Shown: positions 1 through 12,199 of the stretch, piece after piece
How positions within the stretch are numbered: the stretch's first letter is position 1
How the letters are laid out: the number at the start of each line of letters is the position of its first letter
Assembly (NCBI GenBank): GCA_015680685.1
Contig: MNCI01003059.1
Coordinates: forward strand, 399,699-463,698
Direction of reading: 5' to 3'
DNA length: 64,000 nucleotides
Origin: Gnetum montanum
Taxonomy: Eukaryota > Plantae > Gnetophyta
The notes under the pieces: model-generated
The model's input: the letters and a program-made list of their open reading frames with translations, nothing else
Databases searched by the model: none
Told to the model about the DNA's origin: nothing
Position numbers and translations under genes: made by a program

Positions 1-1834
1 TAAATGTTTCCATAGTATTATTCACTACTTTTAGTGCAAAATAAGATGTAGTAGTGTTTGCAAGTTTGGAAAGAAGATTAGAGAAAGCAATGACATCTAT
101 TGAGATTGGTCAAATGATCCTAGTGTAACATAAAGAGCTATTAGAAATAAAGAATACTCGATAAATCTTGTTTGAGACCTTTGACATCATCAAGGATGTG
201 TTAACACTATATTTCCAAGTTATTGTCAACAAAGAATAAACTAGTACTAGTCAAAGTCTTGTATCAACAAATTAAAATTAAAATCAAGATATTTAGTCAA
301 AATATGTTAGAATTCTAGGGTAGCTAAACAAGCCTACATGATGAATTGCATCTAAAGATCTTGAGAATTTTCTTAAGCTAAACAAATACAACTACTAGTT
401 GCTATTCAAGAAACTAGAAAAAACAAGAAACATATGATATGAGTGCATTTGAGGCTTGAGTTGAGTCATATCAGATCAAAAAGAGTGATTGAATTAGAAG
501 ATGAAGCTAAGGGACTAGCTATAGAGAAAAAGACACTAAATAAGATTAGAAGAGAGCATGATGCATATGAATAATACATCTAATGCATTAAACAAAAACA
601 AGAAAAGGAAAATTCAGGAGTTGTCATGCTAGCACATGAAGACAGAAATATTTATGTGGGAGGTGCGATTGTTAGTTGTTGAAATTATAGCATGGTAAAA
701 GAAATATAGGTTAATGGAAGTGATAAGGACTCATTACAAGAACCAAGTTAGATTCAAAAAATTAGTTAAATGAAAAAGAATTAAGAATCTATAGAGTAGT
801 TTGATCAACATCTATGGTGATCTTGATCTAGTTCCTTGGTAGATAGTCTTTGATGCCATCGACAATGCTAGAAGCATTTAGATCAAACAAAGAGACATGG
901 CTATTGAGGTCTTAACTCACTACATGAAATATGTCAATTTGCAATATGCCAACCTTGCCTTCCTCACAATAGGTATGCCCTAGATTAAAGTAGAGAAGAA
1001 ATTGATTATTGTGTACATTTTGTATGAGCATGAACATGATGTCCATGATGAAATAAAATAGAAGATATAGGTAGAAGTCTATGAGAAAGAACTCTAAGTG
1101 TAAATTCCAAGGTTAGAAAAATGTGGTGGAAGAGTTAATGACCTTCAAGAATACAAGTACCATTTTAAAGTTTAGAGGATGATCATCTATTATTTGCTAC
1201 TTAATTCATGAAAGAAAACAAGCTCTTCCCTACCTTGCCATGTTCATGGGATGTTCCTATGTCTACTAAACTATATTAGTTGGCTATTTCTCATAATATT
1301 AGTTAGCTTTTGTTTAGTATTATTTCTATTTTTAGCAAAATGGATCATACAACATCATTAATTATATGGCTCAATCATATTTGGCCATACATCATGAGCC
1401 TACTAGGAGCATGATTGGGAAGGAAGTGATTTACGATATGCACATGCTGCTCCTATATGTCTAACCTATCACTTTCATAGATTACAACAAAGTCTAATGT
1501 ATAGACTTGTAGATTTGTATGGTTAGGTGTGGAACATACTTGCCCCTCATCAAAAAGAAAGAAATCTATTAAAAATTCATGTTTTTATAAATTGACTTGA
1601 AAGGAAAAATTTTGATATACATCACCTACAATTAGTCATATTTGGAACAAGGTTTGAAAAGTTACAAAACTACATTTTATTATGTCAAAATCTTTATAGG
1701 ATCTTGTAGGAGCTAGGGTTTGAATTGGTGAAACACAATTCATTGATACAATTTAGGGTGCTTTGCTAGAATATGTGACCTTTCAAATTTGAAAGAAAAA
1801 AAATCTAATAAATTCATCTTTGTTTGAACTTATG
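1..1834 (+). mobile_element. Heavily decayed Ty1/copia-like internal remnant (host of element A); appears to continue at 21879-22159
   Basis: No ORFs. Degenerate traces in copia order: a protease-like W..D..A segment near 837-870, a WHxRLGH-like segment near 1363-1392 followed by CxxC near 1507-1520, and an integrase-like NGI.H segment just after element A (~21937-21990). Similarity is weak and judged by eye. Confidence 0.35.
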
Positions 1835-3490
1835 TGAAACACCACTAATTTTGGCTTAGCACTTTGAAAATGACTCAAGCCCTTTCGAGCTTGCGAACTC
1901 AAGTCCAGCTTGCTCACACTGTCAAAACTAGCTTGCCCTCAACGTGAGTAACTTCAACAGCTTCAAAATCAAGTCAAAGATGGCCCAATCTCAAGGTGCA
2001 AGCCATCCTCAAGGGCCATTGATGTCAACTTCAAGCTTTAGCATCCAGAGATTCAAATTTTAGGTCAAAAAGTGCAAAGATTCTCACTCACGCTGTCACT
2101 CACGCTGAGGACACGCTGCAGCGTGAGTGCAACGTGAGTAACTTTTAGAACTTGGAATTGAGCCCAAAACTGAGCCAAAATGACCTAATTTCCAAAGTGC
2201 AAGTCATCCTTGGAGCTCACTGTTGACAACTGTAGACCTCAGCCTCCAGAATTCCAGATTTTTGAGTTCAAAATTGTAAGTTTTTTCACCTGTCACGCTG
2301 CAGCTCACGCTGTGGTCACGCTGTAGCGTGATTCTAGCGTGAGCTGCTAAAGGTTGCTCAAAACAAGTCACTTTCAAAGTTAGTTTCTGATTTTCAGATT
2401 ACTCTCAAGGTTAGCCACAGATAGGCAACTGTTGTACTCAAGAATTAGGCTTCAAAAATCAAAATCTGGAGTGAAATGCATCACTTTCAAGTCACTCATG
2501 CTGAGGTTACGCTAAAGGACACGTTGCAGCGTGAGTGTAGCGTGCGCACGCTGGGACACGCTGAGGCAAAATCAACTCATGTTAAAGTACAACGATGCCT
2601 CAAACAGCCACAAAACCACTCAAATTGACATCCTGTAGAAGTCAAGTTAGAGATCCGGAAGTTTCAAGCAAGCCAGAGCCAGTTTCTCTTGTTGTACATT
2701 ATCATTTCATTGTAAATTTTCATTCGTGAGCTTGTTGCTTCGAATTGTATGTGCCATGAGAGTGAGCTGGCTTGAGTGAGTTGTGACACATTGTAAGATA
2801 CAATGTACCTGGTCCAGAACGTAGCTTGCCCACACACATCCAACTCACATACAGTTGCCCATCGGACACGTGTCACTTTCCTCTCATCTCCCAGCTGTTG
2901 ACTCCATTCTTGAATTTCGCACTCGAGCTCGGCCTAGCCCTATAAATACCTTGTCAATTCACATAAACAAGGTTGGAAATTTTAGAGGTGGATGGCTTAG
3001 GAAGCACTAACCAAAGACTTTGGATGCTCAGACACACTTGACTCCTAGCATCCGAGCACTTTTGAAACGCATCACATCACCCCGAGGCTTGGCGCTTGAC
3101 TTGCCATGTACATGCAACTACGCTTTGACTGGTGCACATATTTTGTAAGCAATACAATATAGTTCATTTTGCTAGCCATTATTTTGTTTACTCTGCTTTA
3201 CATTCAGTTTACGTTTTGCTTGCAATATTGTTCTGTGTACATTTCTGTTTACATTTAGTGCGCTCTGTTTGCATTTAAAACATTTCGTTACGATAACCCC
3301 AGCGCAGACCATAGTTTACGCTCGGGGAAGTCCTCGGTTGATTTGCGTGCAGACCATCCAAGGCAGTTTGCCTTCATTTTCTTTTCCAGCTTTGCCCTCG
3401 AGTGAAGGCAAGGTCAGCTGTGTCTGCCTGACGATCTTTTGGTATTTGTTTTTCCCTTCCATCCTTACACCGACGATTTAGGTCAGTACA
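1835..3490 (+). repeat. 5' LTR of element A
   Basis: Begins TGAAACACCACTAATTTTGG and ends TTTAGGTCAGTACA; colinear with 20214-21873; TATA box CCTATAAATA at ~2939-2948. Confidence 0.95.
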
Positions 3491-3514
3491 ATAAATTGAT
3501 GCTAGAAAGAGGGC
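3491..3514 (+). other. Putative primer-binding site of element A
   Basis: ATAAATTGATGCTAGAAAGAGGGC immediately follows the 5' LTR; resembles a C>T/G>A-decayed TGGCGCTAGAAGGAGGG-type Tat PBS. Priming RNA not identified. Confidence 0.55.
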
Positions 3515-3921
3515 TAACTTGTTGTCTACCAAAACGTTGAGCACGCTACCTATCTAAATGCTGCACAAACTAAGTGCTGATTAAAGCCTAGTGTCTGGAC
3601 ACAGCCAGATTGACTTACCTATCCACTCCGTTCCTAATACCTCACGTAGGCAGCTCATGTTGTTTGTCAACGTCACGCTGTTAGGTCACGCAGTTTGTTG
3701 GTCACGCTGCAGTTAACTCATGTTGCAGCTTCTATTTGTCAAGTCACGTTGCAGTGCAGTTGCTCACGCTGCAACGCTGACGCTATTGGTCACGCTGCCA
3801 TCAGTCACGTTGTCTATTAGTCACGCTGCTGCAGTTGTCACGTTGTCTGTTAGTCACGCTGTTGTAGTTGCTCACACTGCAGTTGTTCACATTCAACTTG
3901 TCTAGTTTACTCACGTTCGCT

Positions 3922-6900
3922 ATGGAACCCTCCCAGATTAACCTAGTGACGCTACTGATCTCTAACTTTGGGGCTGAGACCTCAAACCCTGTGACTGCTA
4001 CTGAATCCATAACTATCATCAAACAGATAAACCCCTAAGGCCCTACATGCCAGTCACTCAGGCTACAAGGCAAAGACCCTACCTATGTGACTCTTACACC
4101 CGAATAATATAACTTCATCTGTGTCAAGATCCAAGCCAACTTACCCATCGATCGTGTAGAGAGGGAAGCGAAGTGAGACTATGAACTTATCCACAAAGGT
4201 GGTATTGAATTCATCCCCTCATCATTTGACATAATCCCGCTCTCTGAACACCACCATAGACTCATATCCTAGCTTCTCATGGCAAGAAGTCAAGCCGTAC
4301 AGCTACCCGTAATAGAGCCTCAAGGTGGAGATGAGGAAGATGACTTCGCAGCCCAATCTGAACATGGGAATTCGTACCATACCATCAGTCCCCATGCCCA
4401 TACAAACCCATTGTTTCAACCTTTCCTCGAAAAGACTATACTTCCACCACCAGCCTCTCTACAGCAAGTAGCCACTCCCATTCCCATCTTCTCCAAATTC
4501 AACATTCAATCTGACGCGTCCACTTCCATCATATCTTTGCAAATACAACCCCAACAGCCTCCTCCCCAAACTAATGCAGGATTGACCTTTCAACCTCAAG
4601 TGATTGGGATGCCATCGATCATACCAGCTTCCACGTCCATCAATTACATACCTTAGGTACAAATCCAACAAGCACCACTAATCGCTTCACAAGCTGTGAC
4701 TGGGCAGTGGGTCCCACCAACTATTTGGCAAAACCTATCTACTCATTGCAGCATACCACACCGTGTAGCCTCGGCCCCGAACGTAGTCCCACTGCAACAA
4801 ACGATAGTCTAACAATCTCTCTTTTCACAAATGGTGCAACAATCGAGTCATTATCAAACACCATCTACTCAACCAACCGGTCTGCCTACCGCTCAAGAGT
4901 GGGCAGATACAAAGAAAATGATGCACTCGTTAGTAGAAGATTTAAAATGCCTTAAAACTATGAACACTGAGGAAGTCAAGGTACTAGACTTCCATCAAGA
5001 TGATCCAATTGACCCCTCAGTTCCACCGCTAACCTTGCCAAAGGGAGTTTCGTTACCCCAGCTAACCAAGTACAATGGAGAGGGAGATCCAAACGCTCAC
5101 CTAGTAACGTTCCGAAAAGAATGTCTATTGCTTCAGGCATGGCCTCATGTAATTCTACGTGTGTTTGCTATGTCCTTAATCAGAAAAGCCTTGGACTGGT
5201 ACCGAGCTTTGCCCCGTAGCTCCATATCTTTTCTAGAGGACTTGTTGCACTAGTTTGTCACCTGTTTCAAATACAATCTAATGCTTGAGGCTACGTTAGA
5301 TAGCTTGATCCAGATTAAACAAGTGCCATTAGAGCCAGCATAGAAATTTATCCAAAGGTGGAGTGCAGCCTTGAATGAACTTCACGAGCCCATCCCTGAA
5401 ACATATCTACTTACCATCCTTAAGGTGGCCGTGAATGACTTTATTAAGTCAAAGCTGTATTATTTGAAAGTCCACACATTGAGCCAAGTTTTTGTGCAAA
5501 TTAAGGACATAGAAGAAGTAGCACAAACAAGTAATATCCCAACCTACTCAACCTTTAGGAGCCAACATACAAGGAAAGATAAATCCAAAACAACGGTAGC
5601 AGCAGTGGTCGAAACAGCCTGACCTAGTCATCCAGGATAGAAAGAAAAACAACCTGATGTCCCAAACAGCTATGAAAGAAACGCACCCACACCTACACTC
5701 GAAAATCCCTCAAATAGAAACAACACAAGTCATGCCTGTACGTTCAAAAGAAAAGACCCTGCTCAATATACACCCTTGCCTATGAAGCATTCACAATTGC
5801 TTGATCAACTTCTAAAGGCTGGGATGATCTAGCATAAACAAATGTCTCCTACGGCCTCTCAAAAACATGATCAATTTTGTGAGTTGGCCAAGAACCCAGC
5901 TCTAGCGACAACTAATGAGCCCGCCATTCCAAGAGGCTTTAGGTTGGATAGGTTTTGTGAATATCACCAACGGTTTAGTCATGGGACTGATTACTGTTTC
6001 ACCTTGAAACAAGATATACAATGCATGATTGATAGGGGTGAAGTAGTATTCGATGAGGCAAATCCAGTAAGACCCTAAAACCAACCCATGGGAGTCTATA
6101 AGGATCCTCTCAACACCAATGATGTACCATATTTCATTAATACTATCCATGTGGAGAACAAACAAGACGTCCCACGAAAACCTTTCGTGATTCACAAGCC
6201 TTTAGAAAACACGCCTACCCCAACACCTCCTCAAAACCCTTTCATCATACGCACATCCTCTACATGACAAGATCCATTTGTCATCCATGTGCCTCCTTCC
6301 ATTGCAGCAACAACCACACCATCTGAAAATTGACCCATACCCTTTGTGATCCGAATGCCGAAACACCTTGACACATAAACCGCCTCTCTGCCCCCGCAAC
6401 CTCTGCGAGAATGTCTTGCTGATAGGTTAACAAGAGAGCACCTGGAAAGAGAAAACCATCAGCACAAATTAGGATCACCAAAGCCTACACCACTAAACAC
6501 TATTCCTATGGGTCCATCCATTAATGAGCCTAGTATGAGTCATCAAAACAAGGATAATGTCATGGGTTGTGTCCCAAACCCAGCATCCTCAGATACCAAC
6601 GCAAAAATCCCTCCACAAGAGATTCGAATGTTGGGTCAAATGGACCAAGTCTCCACAGATAAGGGTATCCCAAATGGTAAGGATCTAGCAAGCTCATTGA
6701 CCTAGGTCACACAAGCCTTAAAACAAAAGAACGCTTCTTTAAGTCTGTATGACCTAGTAATGACTTCACCAGTACATCGGGAAGCTCTTGTGCGGATGCT
6801 GACCTCGATCCCTGTTAGTGAGGACCTTCCTGCAGATGAACCATCCATTTATGTAGTATTATTCTCGCAACCTTAGGAATCCAAGACCACATCCCTAGAG

Positions 6901-7632
6901 TTTCAGGTTAAGGACATTAAGCTAGATGAGAAAATAGGAGAAGTCACCTCAACCCCTATGTTCATAACGATATAGGTAAATCATTTCAAGATACGTAGGG
7001 TCCATGTTGATGACAGTGCGGAAACGAATGTAATACCTTTTCCCATCATCAAAAAACTAAGACTTACTAAACAAATATAGCCCACGATAACTTCTTTCTT
7101 GAAATCCTTCAGTGGTTCCTGCGTTGTGGTGAAAGGTATGCTTACCTTAGATTTCATAGTCGGGGACCAATTCCCCACATCAGCTAAATTCGTAGTGGTT
7201 GACGAAATGCCAAGGTTTAATCTGATTCTAGGACGTCCCTGGCTAGCTCAACTTAAAGCCGTATCCTCACCAATCCATGAAGAGATCCACCTACCTTACG
7301 AGGGTGGTGAAATCATCATATATGGGGATACAATAGTATCGCCCACTTCCTCACACCCTGGAGTAGATCAAGAGTTAGAAATTGAGTTCATTGAGCCTAA
7401 GCAACAAACTATGAGCATACTACAAGACATGAACCTGATGTTAACTCCCAACCCTACTAAAACTGAGGAAAGACAAGACAACACAAACATAGGCACCATT
7501 CCTAGTAACGTCTCTTGGTCAGAATTACCCTTTGACATCATCCATGAAGGGGACGATGAATATAAAATCATGCCTACATGCCCTACCCCACATGTTAAGC
7601 TACAAAAGATTAAGAGGCAACTTAATAACTAG
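3922..7632 (+). pseudogene. gag: gag-protease ORF of element A (premature stops)
   Basis: ATG 3922 is in frame with ORF pieces 4279, 4831, 5371, 5842 and 7099. Motifs: KYNGEGDPNAHL...F..SL...A.DWY (retrotransposon gag), FCEYHQRFSHGTDYCFTLK (Tat-type Zn knuckle), RRVHVDDSAETNVI and FNLILGRPWL (aspartic protease). Ends at TAG 7632. Confidence 0.9.
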
Positions 7633-7644
7633 AGCAAATCACTG

Positions 7645-7890
7645 AATGTCCGAAATGACGTTAAACTACCACTCATCCGATATGACGTTAAATTGCCAAT
7701 GAACATCTGCAATGATGTTAAACTAGCCACGGTCAGAAATGGTCGGTTCCTTTTAAAAGTTTCCTAAAAATGTTATTGCTTTTGGCCCACTGGCATAAAA
7801 CTGGTAACCTTTCTTTCCTTAGCAACAAATGCAATAGTCCACCATGACTTTAAACTGATCTGAATAGCCCGAAATGGCTTTAAACTAGGA
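7645..7890 (+). repeat. Degenerate array of a short motif (CC..[A/T]ATGACNTTAAACT) directly after the gag-pro stop
   Basis: About 6 copies, e.g. ccgaaatgacgttaaactacc (~7650), ccgatatgacgttaaattgcc (~7677), ctgcaatgatgttaaactagcc (~7707), ccaccatgactttaaactga (~7840), ccgaaatggctttaaactagg (~7869). Confidence 0.75.
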
Positions 7891-8180
7891 TTCAATATGT
7901 TGCAAATTTTACAGATTTTCATTACGTTATGTCAAATTTTAGTTTAAATTATATAAGTTGCTGTCTTGATTTATGCCTTCTCATTACTTTCTTCTTTTAC
8001 AAGTATTGATTCACGTTTTGTTCCCTATCTTACATTTCAACATACGTCAATATGGTAGTAAAATTTCAACATATTATGTCATAATCAGGTCCACATTATT
8101 ACATTTGTCAACCACATACTTCCATCAAACATGCGAAAATCCAAAAACATTTAATAGCTAAGGTCTGGTTAACAATAAGC

Positions 8181-11100
8181 TCACGGAGGGGGTTGATCCC
8201 TAATATCCTCTTCATCATCCGCTTTCGCTCCACTAGGGCCAGCTCCATCATTAACATGTCCCTATAACAAGGCAGAAAACACAAAAAAAAAAAAGGTAAG
8301 AGTAGGAAAGAAAATCATAAATAAAAAACTAAGAAAAAAAAATAACACTAACAATGAAAATAATAAAACCATACAAAAAATAAATACCGCAATAAAACAC
8401 TCACAAGTGAGGAAGGCCCTAAGTTGGCCTCCAAATGTCGTAGAATCTCCGCCTTGGGCATGTTTGCCCAATCCTCCTCCAAACTGAGATCAATGCCAGC
8501 CAAGGTTTTGCCCTTGTCCACTGATGTCCAAGTAGGAAGCTCTAGAGAGAACACGCCTGTTGAAGCCTCCCTAGAGGTGGTAGTAATGGTTCTCTCGGGA
8601 GATCCCTCCACCTCGGTGCACTCGGAGAACCTATCATAAGCAGACCACAAGCCTAACCCATCGATAAACATCTCCATTCGGCGATGTTCAATTGACTCCT
8701 CCTTTAGCCATTTCTTATATTGATGCTTGTGGTCCTTTTGGTCTTGGCCCCATTTTTGTACTTTTGCAACAAAGGATTTTCAATCGTGACATTTCCTATT
8801 CAGAAAATCTATTTGTGCTCTTTGTTCTACTAAGTCCCGTGTCACCTGCACTTTGTTGTTCAAAACCATCCAGTAACATGCGTAGGTGATCTCAGATGTG
8901 CACCATGTGCTATCACCGAACAACCTAGTAGTGGCAAATTCATAACGGGATTGGAGATCCCTTTTCTCCTCTCTCTCTTTTGCTAGTGTCTCCTTCAATG
9001 AGTGAACCTCGTCCCATAGATACTCAGTTGAACGCCTTAAAGTCCAAATTGACTTAGCATTCTGTACGACGCAACCAGAAACTGCATCGTAAATCTTTCT
9101 AGGGACTTGCTCAATACTCCCTGGCAATTCAGGGAGACCATCAATATGGATAGCTTCAGAAGGATTCCACTGGAGCTTAGCACCTGCAGGAGTAAGTACC
9201 GCACACGTGCATCATCGGTAATAAAAAATGAATGCAAAGAAGCACAAATAAAACTAGACACTTAGCATAACATACACATACCTAGGTCTAGATGAGCCTT
9301 TTGTAGGTGAGCGACCACATCATTAACAATGCCTTTAACAAAATCCATTTTGCTAGGCATCTCAGTCCATGGCCTTAACGGGTTAGTTGATGTGGGATGA
9401 GGAGGGGAGGTCTCCTCGATTGGGGTCTATGATCTCGACGCTGCTTCCCGAGATATGTGTGCCTTAAAAATTTCAGCATCTACCTCTGATGATAAAGATA
9501 ATCAAGATGATCAAGAACAACACATGAAAATTAAAAAACACAGAATGTGGATTGAGCTAAAAGGGAACATACTAAAAAGCCCTTCATTGTTTAGCTGGGG
9601 GGATCACCAAGTTGCAAAGATCCATCAAAGAAACCATCGAGGACATCTCTTTCATCATTTGAATGCCTAAGTGCATCCAAGGCTTCTGCAAGCTTCGTCT
9701 CCATGATGCTTATCACATCTTCCCCTTGCGGAGCAGGAGGTTCCTTGATTGCTTCTTCCCCTTCTTTCCCTTCCTCCTCAGGTCCTGTGATGACCGCTTC
9801 TGTTTCAAGCATCGGGGCCATGACCTCTCTCTCCCTCTCCAGACTTTCCTCTGAAATAACACCAAAATCTTAAAGTTAGTATCATATAGCACATAGGTAC
9901 ACCCAATAGCATATAAACCAAAAAAGCAACAAAATAATAAATAAACTACTTACCCTCCACTGGCAGTACAAATTGAATCTTCTTTGCTTTTGGTGGTATC
10001 ATGTCTGGGGCAGGTTCCTTTGGGCGTTCTTTCCTCTTCACCTTCGCTTTAGATTTCCCAACAGTCTCACCAATCAAGCGTTCAACCCTTTTAATAGATG
10101 TGCGTAGCTGGGGCGGTTCCAATCCTAGGCTATCATGGGAATGATGGAAGCGACTGGCCGCACCTCCAGTTGTGACTGATATTGATTCCTTAATATCTTC
10201 TGGTGGGTCCTGGGATCTAGTAGTGCTAAACAAATGGCAAACGCAAGGGCGAGATAGTTGTGAATGATCCCTCAAAATATAGCGATTATCCTCATGAACT
10301 ACTAGGAATTCAGCGAACCTACGTAGGTACCCCGCAAAGAAGGAAAATGTGAAGTGGGATTTAGCATGGATGTTTGAGCGTAACCTGATGATCTCCCCAA
10401 GAAAACCAGATCGCAAAAATTGTGCCCAATTGTATCGCATGCCTATCTCTAAAACTGCACGTATTACACGCGTAGACTCAATCCCAAGGTTTCTCCCTTG
10501 AGAAAGAGATTTAGGGAATGCCCGTGCCCAAAAGAGAGGATACAAGAAGTTCACCTCTATCGATCGAGCATCCTCTCACATAGCAAATCCCTTAGTACCC
10601 CGAGATATGCCTAACCACTGCTCAAGCTCTCTTATGACCTATCCGTCTTTAGTTGCTCTGTCTATGGCTACCATGGCACCATTCATGGGAACACCAAAAA
10701 GGTCGGAAAGAAACTTGGTGGTTAAGTGGAATGATACCTTTACTACTCGAACTCATGTGGTAAAACGAGAAGCATCACCATTGAAAGAGTCAACAATGGT
10801 GACCATCTCAGTAGCCGGAATGCTAGGATTCAAGGCTGTAAACAAGTCCATCAAACTTGCCTAGGTAAGGCGGCTGATAATCAAATCAGAAGCTTGCTTC
10901 TGCAACCATTTTTGTGATGGCTCTACCTCCCCATACTTCGTAAAAAGCATAGCCTTAGTACGCCCTGTAGTAATGGTAACTTCTTCGGGGGGATGGCTAC
11001 TATAAAAGAAAAACATAGAGCAAAGAGTTAGAAAAAGAACATGACACATGATGATGCAACAAAAAGGAAAATGGAGTCTAGAGTGTGGTCACTTACCATC

Positions 11101-12061
11101 TATGACTGGTGTAGGTGAGGTGGGTGCAGGATCAATCCTTTGAGGAAAAATTGGCCCATTAGAAGACCAATCTTTATATAACCAACCGTGCACTTGGCAG
11201 CGCTCAAAGGCTCTTGAGAACTGCTTATGGTAGTCCACAATAGCCACTTTTATTTGGTCCAATACTGCAACACGAAGAATAGGGCTCGCCATGAATGTCT
11301 CTAGTGCTGTGCGCGCTAAAGCAAGCCCACCATTGTCATCACGCATCGCATTCTCATCAAAACGGGGCCTGCATAAGAAAACAACATTTACATTTAGATG
11401 ATAACATAAAATTCAAAAAGGGAATCAAAAACGTAAAGTAAGACACAAGAATGCATACCTGTCCACTTTATATACTGTCCCAGGTGGGTTCTGGAATAAA
11501 GTGTGCACACGTAGGGCTAAGAAAAGTGTGTTGCTACTGTTGTAATGACTACAGGTAGGTAGCTCCCACACACGAGTCAAGGGATGAGTGGATCTAGGAC
11601 CCTCAATAGGGCCTCCCTCAACTCTAAAAAGCCCCTCATCTATATCAGTGATAAAGGCAGGCATGCCTTGTGTAGACTCGGGTAACACTATCTTAATAAT
11701 ATCATGAGCCATTTGTTCACTTAGGTGAGACCATATAACCACATTAAAGTTTTGTAGAATAAATGACAAAAACAAACTGGCACCAGGACGAAACCATATC
11801 ACGTGGGGCCCGATTCGCATGTCATAGGGAGGTGTGTTCGGTCCAAAAGGGCCAAACCAAGCAAGTACGCCAACAAGCTCAACCACGAGAAGAGAAGATT
11901 TAGGTCTCCTGCATACAGCCAAAACATTGGGTAAGTAAAAAATCTAGGTACTAACATTAGTGCAAAATCACATAAAAAAAATACTTTGAATGCACAGCTT
12001 CACCCCATGGGACAAGGGCACAAATATTTATTTGGTGTACTTAACGCTTGCCAGGGTACAT
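8181..12061 (-). pseudogene. Antisense spliced cargo gene in element A: FCP1/NIF(HAD)-like domain + gypsy accessory domain + coiled-coil (~1,060 codons, decayed)
   Basis: Exons 12061-11985 (tentative), 11908-11459, 11368-11097, 10999-9954, 9850-9573, 9485-9282, 9183-8405 and 8261-8181. All introns are GT-AG, 76-143 nt and U-rich. Splicing joins the track ORFs 11425-11922, 11089-11346, 10861-11049, 9946-10554, 9591-9821, 8780-9127 and 8348-8677 into one frame, apart from two 1-nt shifts and scattered stops. Confidence 0.8.
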
Positions 12062-12199
12062 TGAAATCTAGCTTGTTATGTTTGAATTCCATTTCACGAA
12101 AAATCCACACAAAACTATAGAACGTAAACACTCATTGAAGCAAGGATCAAGAAAAAAAATGAGCGGCATAAACATGAAACAAGTAATGGGCCTCTCCCA

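Noticed and set aside
2664-3481. Short ORFs in LTRs (also 13322, 20644, 21628, 47553, 59575)
   Set aside because: Recurrence reflects LTR duplication; no coding signature.
7645-7890. Hammerhead ribozyme or SECIS reading of the ATGAC..TAAAC motif
   Set aside because: The CUGANGA and GAAA hammerhead cores and their three stems are absent, and the spacing does not fit SECIS.
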